A DNA stretch of 64,000 nucleotides from Schmidtea polychroa (taxonomy: Eukaryota). Each line of letters begins with the position of its first letter. The stretch's first letter is position 1. The DNA lies in contig CM097885.1 of NCBI GenBank assembly GCA_044892525.1, positions 13,208,001 to 13,272,000 of the forward strand. Direction: 5' to 3'. Under the pieces are notes generated by a model, which was given only the letters and a program-made list of their open reading frames with translations, ran no database searches and was not told the DNA's origin. The position numbers were made by a program, and so were the translations under genes. Positions 15,119-26,940 of this stretch are shown one piece after another.

Positions 15119-15811
15119 CAGTAAACCCTCCAACTACGCGGTTTCGCAATTGTGCGGCCAAGTTTATATATAAATATATAAACATATATGTAAATATAAA
15201 AACAGTCCTTGTAACTAATGAAGAAAATAATGATAAAAATGAAGATGTAGAGATTATAGGAGAAAAGGTTTACTAGTGAAAAACTATCGATTTTTTAAAC
15301 TTGGTAATCAACTTGAATAGGAAGCTTTTGATATGGATCCAGATATGGAGCGTGCCTTAAAATTTCGGAGAAATCTGACAGCAGCTTTAGCCCCATATGC
15401 AGAAATTTATAAAGACAAACGAAAGGCTGTTAAGCAATCAGTGTTAACAAGCTTTTTTCAAAAACATAGAATCACGGTCATTAGAATAACGGTTATTAGA
15501 ATCAAGCTCATCAGAATGTAGCAGTGATTAAAACCACGTTATTTATATTTATATTTAATTTTTATTTGTTTATATTCGTTATGTATAAGTCATTAAATTG
15601 AGACTGTTTTCTATAGTTTTTATGTTTATATTAATGTAAATATGTATATTAGTCGTTGAATAAAGACTTTTTATTATATTTTTTGCAATTTTTCTAATAT
15701 CTGAAACCTAACCCCATAATTACATATAAAAAATCGGGTTCACATTGCGCGGTTTCGGTCTGTGCGTTGTTTTTGTGGAACGTATCTACCACGCAGTTTA
15801 AAGGTTTACTG
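15119..15811 (+). mobile_element. Tigger/pogo-type non-autonomous Tc1-mariner element
   Basis: TIRs CAGTAAACC / GGTTTACTG flanked by TA. Internal ORF 15333-15521 (DPDMERALKF..YAEIY..QSVLTSFF) resembles a pogo/TIGD transposase C-terminus with a PIP-box-like QxxLxxFF. Confidence 0.82.
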
Positions 15812-16713
15812 TAATAAACAATTATTATTTTACACCCATTTCTGATTGCTTATTAAGACAAATTTAACATTTCACTTTTTTGCTAATTTAAAAATTGACT
15901 TTTGCATAATTATTTGTACAAATAAATTCTTAATAATTTATATTTTATAATTTATATTATACAATGTTTAAAACATTATTTAGAGATAATAAAAAAACAA
16001 GAAACTGTTTATATAAAGATCATAGAAATGGTTATTAAAAACTAATGGAAAACACTAAGGAAAAGTCTATATCAGAACATTAAAACTGAGTAATGCAAAC
16101 GCAATAAATCAAATTCAAAATGCTCACAAAAAACATAATTTGGGTTTAGCGGAAACTCATTCAACAATTCGGAGCAAAATTAAATATAACTATAAAAATA
16201 TTTCTTATAAATTTTGTTTGTCGTTTGTTATAAAGGAGAAACACGTCGACGCACCGATCATATTATACAGAATTATACATAATTTACCATGGGATTCAAT
16301 CACATTTTCTATAAAGGAGGCTCTTGAAAATATGAGATTAAACTACGCTAAAGGTTTTATTTTCCAACAATAAAAGGCCTTGATACATAGTTAAGCTGCA
16401 GTGAAAATCTTAAAAAATGAGCCTACATATAGCCTAGATAACAATATAAAAAAATGTTTGAAACCAGAATTTTGGGTGGTCTTGTGTAAATCATAAAATT
16501 GTTATAAAATATATATTGCTGATCAAATTTACTCTTGAAATTATAGTATATATTGTCTACTAAAATTAAATAACAAAAAAATTTTATCGCTAGCTCAAAA
16601 ATTTGGCTAATAACTTTTTTTTGTATATATTGTTACAAAATAAATTTAGCACCACTGAAAAGATAATAAAATTTGCAATTGGAAACATACTATCTGTAGC
16701 AAATAATGGTAGA

Positions 16714-19589
16714 TAGTGCATTCAATACCGGTATACCGGTATCGGTACTACCGGTATTACCGGACTTTTTTCTGGTACCGAAATACCGGTATTGAGTTGG
16801 ATCAATGCCGGTATTTCCGGTATAGGATATATAAAAAATATTTAAAATTGTTTCTCAATTTTACTTAAAAAATATTATAATAATAAGGCATTGCTTTTTT
16901 AAGCAAAAATAAATTAGACTTTCATAACTAAATTGACGAATGCAGGACTATTAATGGTTTTGCATGACTGTTTATGCAGAACTAAAAATTGTAAAATTCA
17001 TGACCAATTACAATTTTTCCTGACTAAATTTATTGTTTCCTGACTATTTATTATTTAACTAGTATTTAAAAAGACAAATGTCTCTATTATATCTTCAGTA
17101 CTCATGCAAAAACTTTATGCCTAATAGATTATTAAATCCCATTAACCAAATATTTCTAGTATGCGATGTGCTAGATTAAATTATTTTATTGACCCGAAAT
17201 TTCAGAAACCTACTTTTAAATTCAATAATAACAATAACGTTATATAATAATTCAGTAGTTAAATTGAAATCCGATTGATATTTATTCAAATAAATACGTC
17301 TACGTTAGTAAATTTGCATTTAAATAGTAAGTATTTAATTTATAAACATAGATTTGGGTACTTTAAATGAATTAGTTCGATTTTATTTGCAGATTTTTGT
17401 TTTTGTTTGAAGACAACAAGAAATAGACAAAAAAAGTTTTATATTAATTTAATATCCAGAAACCCCCAAAATGTCCCAAAAAATATTCAAAGAATTCAGC
17501 ACCGGCGCACGAGTAGACGAAAATTCTGTGTGGTTTTATTTTCTGCGTGATAAAGAAAATCAACTTTCAAAGTGTAAGAAATGCGACAAAGAGATAAAAT
17601 CACATGGTGGCAGTACCAGTGGACTCCATACACATCTAAGAACAAACCATGAAATTGACTTGCTAAAGAGAAAATCGACCCAAGATGCAGCATCGTCATC
17701 GGCTTCGTTTTCATCGGCTCCGTTGTCATCGGCCAAAAAACCCAAACCTCTGATCACCGATTTCTTCCAAAATCAACATGACAAGTCGTTGCCTGCAGTT
17801 CTTTCTAGAATGACCGCCCTTGACGGACTGCCCTTTAGCGTATTTGCCACATCGGCTGAACTGAGAACATCGCTAGGAGCTCGTGGGTTTATTGTTCCGA
17901 AATCGGCGGCGACAATTAGAAATATGGTAGTAAAATACGCAAACACAATCAGAGAGACGGTCATATCCAATTTCACTCGTCTCCGAACGCAAGGGATGCG
18001 ATTCAGTTTGACATTTGATGAGTGGACGTCAATAAAAAATCGCAGATATTTAAATGTAAACGTTCACACCGAGGACGAATTTTGGAGCCTTGGATTAGCT
18101 AGAGTTGTTGGTTCACTGCCTGCTGAAAAATGCATTGAGTTGGTTCAAAAAGTGTTGACGCAGTTTATGCTGAATTACGATGAAGACATTGTGTGCATTA
18201 CTACTGATGGAGCTTCCGTAATGCAAAAAGTGGGACGTTTAAGCAATTGTGATCAACAGTTTTGCATTGTGCATGGCATTCAATTGGGTGTGCTAGACGT
18301 TTTGTACAAAAAACCGTCAACTTCTGCTAAAACAATCTTGAAAGGAATCTCGAATGACGAGAGAAGCAGAGAAAGTGAGGATGACGACGCAAACCTAACC
18401 AATGATGATGAAGAAGACTTTTCGGACGGGTTTCAAGTTGTGATGAGTGAGAAGGACGACACTATCCAACTGACTGATGAGTTGCAGCCGTTAATCGCTA
18501 AGGTGCGCACCGTTGTAAAATTGTTTCGCTGTTCACCGACAAAAAATGATAAAACGCTCGAAAAATACACAGTAGACGAATTTGGTAAAGCTCTTCCACT
18601 AATATTCGATTCAAAAACTCGTTGGAGTAGCTTGCACACAATGCTCGCACGTTTCATGAAATTGAAAAATTGCATTCGCAAGTCGCTGATTGACCTTCAG
18701 TCCAAAATTGAGATAAGTGACAAGGAGTTCGACACAATTTCATCGGTTGTGGCATGTCTCGAGCCAGTGAAATTAGCCGTGGAAGCATTGTGTCGCGATG
18801 ATGCAACACTGTTGTCAGCCGATACAACACTATTATTCATGGTAAATTACCTTGGAGACACGGAATTAGCTGTTAAATTGAAAGCTGCGTTGGTGCGACG
18901 AATAAATGAGCGACTGACACCTTTTTCTAGCTTGCTACACTATCTGCACAAGGGCCATCAACGATACGAGAATTTGGATCCAGCGCTGTCTTTTGAGCAA
19001 CTTAGCAAATCAGCCATTTTAAATGCCATAGTTCAACTGAATGAGCGGCTCAATCAGCGAGCAGACGAGCCTCTCCCTTCGACCAGCGTTTCATCTGATA
19101 GCGATTCTGTTGACAGCACTGCAAACTTGTCATTGAAAGAAAAGCTTGACATGGCAATTTTGAATGATAAAAAGTGTAAAAATAAGGTAAGATTGAACGT
19201 TTCGAAAGATTTATCAAAAACAATCCGCAAGGAGATTGCAATTTTCGAAGTAGAAGGAACTCGTGGAACATATTTGCAAAACACCTACGAATACTTGAAA
19301 ACTATAAAGCCAGCAAGTGTGGAATCGGAGCGTGTATTTTCAGCAAGTGGCAACTTTGTCACCAAATTACGATCATCTCTTGAGGATGACACTCTGAATG
19401 CCCTTTGTTTCTTACGGGCTTATTTTACAAAGGAGAAAAACAGCGCAAAATGAAAAAAATCGTTATTTTGATACAAAATAAAAAAGTTTATTGAATCACT
19501 GTAAATTTTTACTATTTATTTGATATTTTAATCAAATTTTATTTTTTTCTAGTTTCAATACCGGTATTATACCGGTATTAAATGCACTA
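16714..19589 (+). mobile_element. Full-length, apparently autonomous hAT transposon
   Basis: TIRs TAGTGCATT(C/T)AATACCGG, perfect 8-bp TSD ATGGTAGA, many subterminal TACCGGTA repeats, intact transposase ORF. Confidence 0.95.
17471..19453 (+). CDS. hAT transposase with BED zinc finger, 660 aa
   Basis: VWFYF..CKKC..STSGLHTHLRTNH (BED), FDEWTS, ITTDGA, CIVH, TRWSS and the C-terminal dimerisation motif PASVESERVFS..RSSL. Confidence 0.95.
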   Translation: MSQKIFKEFSTGARVDENSVWFYFLRDKENQLSKCKKCDKEIKSHGGSTSGLHTHLRTNHEIDLLKRKSTQDAASSSASFSSAPLSSAKKPKPLITDFFQNQHDKSLPAVLSRMTALDGLPFSVFATSAELRTSLGARGFIVPKSAATIRNMVVKYANTIRETVISNFTRLRTQGMRFSLTFDEWTSIKNRRYLNVNVHTEDEFWSLGLARVVGSLPAEKCIELVQKVLTQFMLNYDEDIVCITTDGASVMQKVGRLSNCDQQFCIVHGIQLGVLDVLYKKPSTSAKTILKGISNDERSRESEDDDANLTNDDEEDFSDGFQVVMSEKDDTIQLTDELQPLIAKVRTVVKLFRCSPTKNDKTLEKYTVDEFGKALPLIFDSKTRWSSLHTMLARFMKLKNCIRKSLIDLQSKIEISDKEFDTISSVVACLEPVKLAVEALCRDDATLLSADTTLLFMVNYLGDTELAVKLKAALVRRINERLTPFSSLLHYLHKGHQRYENLDPALSFEQLSKSAILNAIVQLNERLNQRADEPLPSTSVSSDSDSVDSTANLSLKEKLDMAILNDKKCKNKVRLNVSKDLSKTIRKEIAIFEVEGTRGTYLQNTYEYLKTIKPASVESERVFSASGNFVTKLRSSLEDDTLNALCFLRAYFTKEKNSAK

Positions 19590-19768
19590 ATGGTAGAGTA
19601 TAAAATGTGATAATTAAATATTGGTTAAAAGAATCCCATTTTCAAAATTTACCCATCAACCAAAAACTTTAAATAAAGTTTAACACTGCTGAGAAGATAA
19701 TAAGATTTGATCGTGTTAAATGCCAGAGAATAAAATTAAAGTTGAGAAACATTGTTATCTAGTAATGC

Positions 19769-21165
19769 TAGTGACTGCATTACCGGTAAACGATAAATCA
19801 ATTTACCGGTTTTACCATCATTTTTTCTTTACCGAATTACCGGTAAATTTTAGTTTATTTGCCGGTAAAACGGTAAATTAATTAATTTTTTTACGAAATT
19901 AAAATAAGTTAAACAATCTAAATTCTAAATAACGATATGAATTACAATGTATAAAAAAGCATTTATATAATAGTTATTTATATATCTAGATTATAGAACA
20001 AGAAATTGTTATTTTGCGCACGAGAGAATTTTTATTATTTGAGGGTTACATCGCGTAGCCGAGAATAATAATTTTCTTGAGAACGCAAAATAATTTCTTG
20101 TTCGAATTGTATATTAAATTGTTACGCATACTATGATATTTAAAAAACAAAGAAAACAAAAATTAAATAAATTTGTTTTATGTTTAAACAGGTTTAATCA
20201 ATAGAATATTGCCTACCGCTACTCATACGCGTTTCATAGAAATTTGCAGTGACACTCATAATTCAATTAACGAGTAAAATAATAATTGTGTATTTTCAAA
20301 TTACTAAGCCACTAATAATTAAAATATCACGATATGTATTTATAATTTGGTATTGAATTTTGTTGAATATTTGCTTGATTAAAATTTTCCAAAATTAATT
20401 TTTTGTTATTAGCCCTACAAAACAGTGGAAAGCAACAATTTATCTAACCACGAAGACGAAACCAAAGACATTATGGGACTTCTTTTTGCGTAAAGGAAGC
20501 GATGCCGCAAAATGCAAGATTTGTAATAATATTTTAAAATCCGTAGGAGGTTCTACCAGTGGACTACACTATCATCTTAGAAGTCAGCATCAAATTAATT
20601 TACTAAAGCGAGATAAACCAGACCCTTCTACGCAATTCTCTCAAAATAAAATCGACTGCGCTGTGAGCACTTCAAAGGGTGGTATTAAGAATTATTTCAA
20701 AAACGTAGTTGATGATACTCTTCCTGTAGTGATTTCTAGGATGGTAGCAAGGGATGGGTTACCTTTTGAAAAGTTTTGTACCTCTTATGATTTGAGAAAA
20801 TTATTAATTGCAAAAGTATATGATGTCCTAAAATCAACAAATTCAATTAGAAAAATTGTAATGGATTACGGAGAAAAAATTCGGCATGAAGTACGTGGAG
20901 AAATTTCAAATCATAGCAAAAATGGAAGCAAGTTTAGCCTCACGTTCGATGAATGGACATCCATCAAAAACCGTCGTTACATGAATATAAATGTCCATGT
21001 TGAAAAACTATTTTGGAATTTAGGCTTAACGTAGTTGCAAGGATCGATGTCTGCAGAAAAATGTGTAGAAACTGTGGTAAAAAACTTCAAGAATTTGGAC
21101 TAAATTATAATAGCGTCGTATCAATAACTAAAGATGGGGCAGCAGTAATGAAAATGGTCTTCTTG
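19769..21165 (+). mobile_element. Truncated hAT element of a related family (left end plus 5' transposase)
   Basis: Left end TAGTGACTGCATTACCGG with TACCGGTA repeats. ORFs 20486-21034 and following retain BED, FDEWTSIKNRRY and ITKDGA, then a stop and truncation. Confidence 0.85.
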
Positions 21166-21555
21166 CATAATCTTTACATTGCCTATCACAGTTGCATCTG
21201 CTGAAAGAAGTTTTTCGAAACTTAAATTAATTAAGAATTATTTAAGATCAAACAACAGCCAATAAAGACTAAACAACTTAGCGATGATTTCAATTGAAAG
21301 CAACATTACAAACAATTTAAATATTGCAGATAGTTTGCAACATTGAAATCAAGAAAAGCAAAATTTTCAAAATTTCTTATTTTGTTACAGTTCATTTGTT
21401 TACTATATGAAATTTAGACAAACATTTTAGTGATTTTACAATTTATTTCCTTAATAAAAAATATATAAATAATATTCAAATAAATTTCATTGAAATTTAA
21501 AAAAGGCGGCAACATAAAAATTTCACACTCTCAAAATTTGTAGTGCCGGCCTTGC
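21165..21555 (+). pseudogene. C-terminal dimerisation fragment and right end of a different hAT family
   Basis: TLPITVASAERSFSKLKLIKNYLRS..RLNNLAMISIE (with a frameshift), followed by a GC-rich end ..GTAGTGCCGGCC. Confidence 0.75.
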
Positions 21556-23071
21556 TTTAACCACGTGACGTTTAATTTGTTAATTAAGCTTTCATTTTGA
21601 TTAAAAGGTAAATAAAATTCGTAAACTTTAAATTGTGAGGTTTCGAAATGAAATGGAGAAAAAAATTTTGAGAGTTTATAAGTGCATGAAATTAACGTAT
21701 TCAATCGCCACTTTAAATTTTTTAGAATTAAACTTTTTTTATTGTAAATTTTTTAAATTATTGTTTTCATTTCGATTAAATGAATTTACAAAATTAGCGG
21801 GCAAATAGGTGTTCAATGAAAGATAGAATTGAGTTTTTATAAATAGCAATTATAGTTTATAGTAAATCTGAGTCACCTACATGGGTCGTTTTGGTTATAT
21901 TTTAGATTTTATATAGATAGATAAATGCTAATAATTGATTGGGTTCATATGTAGTTATTGAATTTCAGGTAGATATGGATATTTTTACGTATTTGCAATA
22001 TTTACTTAACTGTAACAAATTGTATAAAATAAACCTCATTCAATGGGGAAATTTTAGGCAACTTATGAATAGCATTTTTAAATTTCAAGTTAATAAGTGA
22101 AATTTAAAATACTTTTTAATATTTCACAATATTATAATCTATGTGACATACTTGATGAAATTGAACAAATAATGCATCATTCGATAGAAAGTTGATTTTC
22201 AAATAACAGGAAAAAGATGTTTATGATTATAATTAAGTTATTGTAAAAAAATTTTGATTTTCGATTAGTTATGTAATGAATCATGGGGAACCTTACAGAT
22301 CTGGTAAATTCTAATACTTAATGTTTAAAAGTAAGGATACAAATAGCATATAAATTATAACTGAATATATTTGTGAAACTTGTATGAAATCCAATGTAAG
22401 TAAAAATAATTTAAATAATTCGTCTGAATGCTTAAATTTCAGTCGTAGAATCAAATGGTTATCTGAATTCAGAGAAGGAATATATATCTTGTATGGTAAA
22501 TACATTTAAATATAAAACCTGATTTTTATTTTGTTTAAGGTAATTGTACGTGCATGTCTGTAGGATAACAAAGATTTTGGGAAATAAAAATTTTTCAAGT
22601 TTTCTAATTGGCCTGATTCACTCTTAATTCATAAGTTTTATATTTTTACCGTACTTATAAGGCAACAGGCTACAAAGAAGCGTCCCACTAAGTTATGCTT
22701 TTCTAAAAGGTTAATCAATTTACTTTCAAAAGCTATGGAATAAAATATATTTCATTCCTGTGTGATATTTTTTTCAAATCCAACCATAGTATCAAAAATA
22801 GAAAAAAAACTCCGAGATAGTGCAAATCATTGTTTAACACGTTAAAATTAAATGCATTGTGAAGAAATTACACAACTTTATAATTTAACAAAGGATATTA
22901 TTGTTTATCCTCCTCTCATAACTTTACATTTGTGTAGTTTTTCAATTTATAGGCAACTTTTAAAAATAGAATTATAAACATGTAAACTACGGTTAATCCA
23001 CATCAGGTTAAATATGTTAATGATCATGGTGCAATTCGATTACCATTTGAGGTCACTGTTAATAGAAAATG

Positions 23072-24551
23072 TTAATAGAAAAGTTTGCGAGATGTTGCCT
23101 TTGAAATGGCTGCATGTATTGATGAGTACTCGAGCAGCGACTTCAGCAGCAGCAAGTCACTGAATGGAGCACCTGCTGCTTGAGGTGCAGATATCCAAGC
23201 TTTCAGGTACACTCGTACTGCAAATACAGCAGTATCATCACTCAGATTTTCTCCACTTTTCATGTTTCCACCATCTAAGCTGGTTTCAGAAGATGACGAT
23301 ATCAGTTCAGCGGTAGAAGCTGCTAACTGCTTCACTTGCTCCATTCGCTGTCGCCTCGCAAGCATTTGCTCATCTCGTTCAAATGATCTTTTCTCCTTAG
23401 CAGCAAGTTTTTCATCTGCACCAGTCATCGACCCCCTTCTTCCTTTTTCTCTCTGGGCTAACAAGAAATTTTTATCTTCCTGTAGTACCGAGGGGCTGGT
23501 CAGTGCATCAGCATGAGCAAGATCAAAGAGATCTTCGAGCTTGGAACTAAAAGCTGATTCTCTCGCTAGTTGAGTTGCTGATAATCGTGCCTTGTTCTTT
23601 TTCAGAAGACGCCATTCTTCAAATGCATGCTCAACCTTGGTTTGGCAGTTTTGATGATCTCTCATCGGGATCCTCGCTTTCTGCCAAAACTTCGATACTT
23701 CTGTAATGGTAACAGCCGATGATTGTCTTATTGTCTCTTTCAGTTCCAGATGGTGATGTAGGAAGAGTCCAAGAGCCATACGTAAAGATGGCAGCTTGCT
23801 GCCACGTAACTGAGTCACGGAATCGCCAAGAAGATACAACTCAGTTTGAGATCGTGTTGCTTTTGCAACTGATGACATTTTCTTACAGAAATGAATCTGA
23901 AATGAATATTATAAAAATAGCATTGACTTTGGAATCATGGATTGATATGTTAATTTGAATAATTGTATTACAAAATTCACATTTACTTATCTAACTAATC
24001 TATATCTTCATTTAATTACTATTCACACTTAAACATTGAAAATAATATTCAATATTCAAATAACATTCAACTAACTTACCAGCAGCTATAGATTCAGGAA
24101 GGCTTGCTTCACTTCAGTGGCCTACCAGCAATTTAATGCTCACTTTAATAGTAGTGTTATTAACTGTTTACAATTTAAATTTATAAACACATTTGTCAAA
24201 CTCCTGCAATAGCCAGTCCACACAGTAAACATACTAAACAAGTCTGATCATGCCTGGACTATGAAGAATTTGTGTTAATTGTATATTGTAAAAATAGGAT
24301 TGAAATGTTGTATGATTATCAGAGTCTGATAAAGTCTCAATTTACTTAGTTCTCAGTTACTATAGTAAAGTACCGTAAATAAATGGGCGGCCGCTGCTTA
24401 AGAGTATCAGAAACTTCTCTGTCCTTGAGCTACCCCTAAATATTGTTCAATTGTGTTCATATTTTGCCTGAATTTTTCTTTCATATATAGGAACAGAATG
24501 AGAGGGTAAGAAGGTAATATTTTGAAAGTTCAAAAATAAGCTCCACCCTAA
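23072..24551 (-). mobile_element. hATm-like transposon deletion derivative
   Basis: Terminus TTAGGGTGGAG at 24551. ORF 23878-23072 has the N-terminus (LPS..FWQKARIP..EEWRLLKK..LFDLAHADAL..FLLAQREKGRRG) fused directly to a late segment (VYLKAW..APFSDL), so the catalytic core is deleted. Confidence 0.7.
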
Positions 24552-25559
24552 TATTCTCGATAGTTGGAATCCTGGTTTCTGAGAATTATAACTCCTAATT
24601 TGGAATATGTATAATTTATGATTACTAATTTCAAGTGCTAATTATGGCTTGTAGAAAATTGATTCACTTAATTTTAGTGAATATCGAAAGACAAATTGAA
24701 AAGAAGGAAAACCAATTTAACTGTCATCATTTAATTGATTGAGAATAAATACATTCCGTAAAAAATTAATTTTAATTGTTTCTTCCATAATCTACATTTT
24801 AATCACAGCCTCTGTTAATGAATAAACTTAAGTAGTATTACAGATGACAAAGAGAATCTTAAATGGAAATTACGTATGATTTTTTGTTCATTTAGAATTA
24901 GAAAACATGCGATTCTCCAAGTAATATGTGAAAATGTTTGTTTGATATTAAATTATCCTTTTTAATTTATATGAATGTAAATATTCTGATTTAGTATTAA
25001 AGGACTTTAAGTAACAAAAGTACAGATATATTAGAAATAGAATTGTTATCTTTCAAGAGAAAGTAATTTCGAGTGAAGAAATATTGGTACACGGAATATA
25101 GAAAAATGAAAGTGTATGTCAAGATGGAATAATTACTATAATACTTGGAAATCAAAATCATCGCCAGGTCAAACTCAAAGTGCGGAAATCCATCAACAAC
25201 TTGAGAGAACGAGCTACAACAACGACAGAATAAACATATGAAAGGTAGCAAGATTTTCGAGGATTGAATGCAACAGTTGTATGTTAAAGCAACATCCTCA
25301 TCCGAAACATCAAACGAACAATAATACGAGCATGATATTATTATCAAGTGCTTTTGACCAGCCCTGCTAACCATAAACAACTGTTTTTTTCTCAAACAAT
25401 AAGGCGAGCAATCGCTTATTAAAGAAAATCAATGGAGATTATGAAAATCGATCAAATTTGGAATAGTTACAACGTCCATGGGCTCATATTAGAATTTCAA
25501 ATTTGATTCAAATAAAATATTTGTATTCATATAGGAAATGCAAAATTACTGAGTTTTGC

Positions 25560-25953
25560 TTTTACCGGTAAATTCTTTTGAATTAAAAATTATGTATTAG
25601 AAATAGCCAGGAAGTTAAATAAATACAATCATTTATTTATTCAATAACAAAAAAACACAATAACATTAAATATTTATTAGAAGATCTTTTCCTACATTGA
25701 AATATGCATGGAGCAGATAGATCGTATCTATTATGTTATCACTAAGTCTTGATCTTATTTTTGTGCTTATTACCCCTGCTGATGAAAAATCTCGCGCGGG
25801 TTCAACACTTGTTGATTTTATTGATGAAGGATGGTTGAACGCCAGGGTCAAATATTTACTACGGCTTTGTTCGTCTTCAAGCCCAACGATTTCTTTTTTA
25901 ACCAGTTTCCTTAAATTTGTGGTGTTTTTTAATTGGAGCATAGGGAATTTCAT
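25560..25953 (-). pseudogene. hAT transposase C-terminal fragment
   Basis: SIKSTSVEPARDFSSAG..KIRSRLSDNIIDTIYLLHAYF is homologous to the end of the 660-aa transposase. A subterminal TACCGGTA lies at ~25563. Confidence 0.8.
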
Positions 25954-26124
25954 TTAATTTTAAGTCATTTTTTGTTTTATAGACAATTACAACTTGCCTT
26001 TAATGGCTAATGGGTTTTTTCAATCAAAGATTTTGAAATTTGTCATTATTTTATATTTTTTCAATTCTACTTGGACATTTTCCAACCTATGCTCCTAATG
26101 GGTACGTTATTTTAGTTTGGATTT

Positions 26125-26126
<2 letters not shown>

Positions 26127-26184
<58 letters not shown>
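26127..26184. repeat. (AAT)n microsatellite
   Basis: Perfect trinucleotide run. Confidence 0.95.
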
Positions 26185-26185
<1 letters not shown>

Positions 26186-26432
26186 TTGGATATAAATATT
26201 TTTTAACAAGTTCATCGAAATTACTTTATTAATTTTATGTTTTACAAAATTAAATATTTTTATAAATTTTCTTTATATTTTTAATAAACTTTTCTCATGT
26301 TATCTTTCTAGTTTTTATTATTTGTATTTCAGATATTTTTTTTAATGTCGGTATAACGAAGATAAAATAATGAATTTTCGTCTGGTATTTATACTAATTT
26401 TTCTGATACTATTATATATCAGAGAATATATA

Positions 26433-26940
26433 TGTTGGGGTTCAGTAGGAACCGGAATCAAAAGTTTTGGAATTAAATATTAATTAATTACTAAAATTAG
26501 AATTAAAATATAAATATATTCTATTACATAAAACGATTATAATAAAGGGAACCGTAACGTCAGCACGTATCTTTTTGTGTTGTCTCGTTACGAATATAAT
26601 TTAAAAAGGGTTAACCAATTTTTGGGTTGACTCTATCGCGTTAAAATTAGGTAAACTCCCCTATCTTTTTCCGTTCACCTATATCGGGCTGTTGGCGCAT
26701 TTAGGGCCAGCCTTGATTCTTAGTAATACTCTTTAGGGCGGTTTGTATAACCGTTTTCTGTTCTTTAGAAAGCAGCTTGATTAATTGTGTAATATAAACA
26801 ATTGTGTAACAAATTATTTACTGTTAATAAATATTTAAATCATATTTGTTATTTTTATTTACCTACACGCGTTATAAATTTTTGGAGTCAGATAAAACGT
26901 TTTTTGTGTTAGTTCGAGTACATACCCATCGAACCTAACA
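26433..26940. mobile_element. Solo LTR (~508 bp)
   Basis: TG...CA ends with short inverted termini (TGTTGGGGTTC / GAACCTAACA), flanked by TATA on both sides (possible 4-bp TSD, but low complexity). Confidence 0.65.

Noticed and set aside
17496..19284. Several minus-strand ORFs within the hAT transposase, and antisense ORFs within the Polinton genes
   Set aside because: They are shadow frames of real coding sequence with no recognisable motifs.
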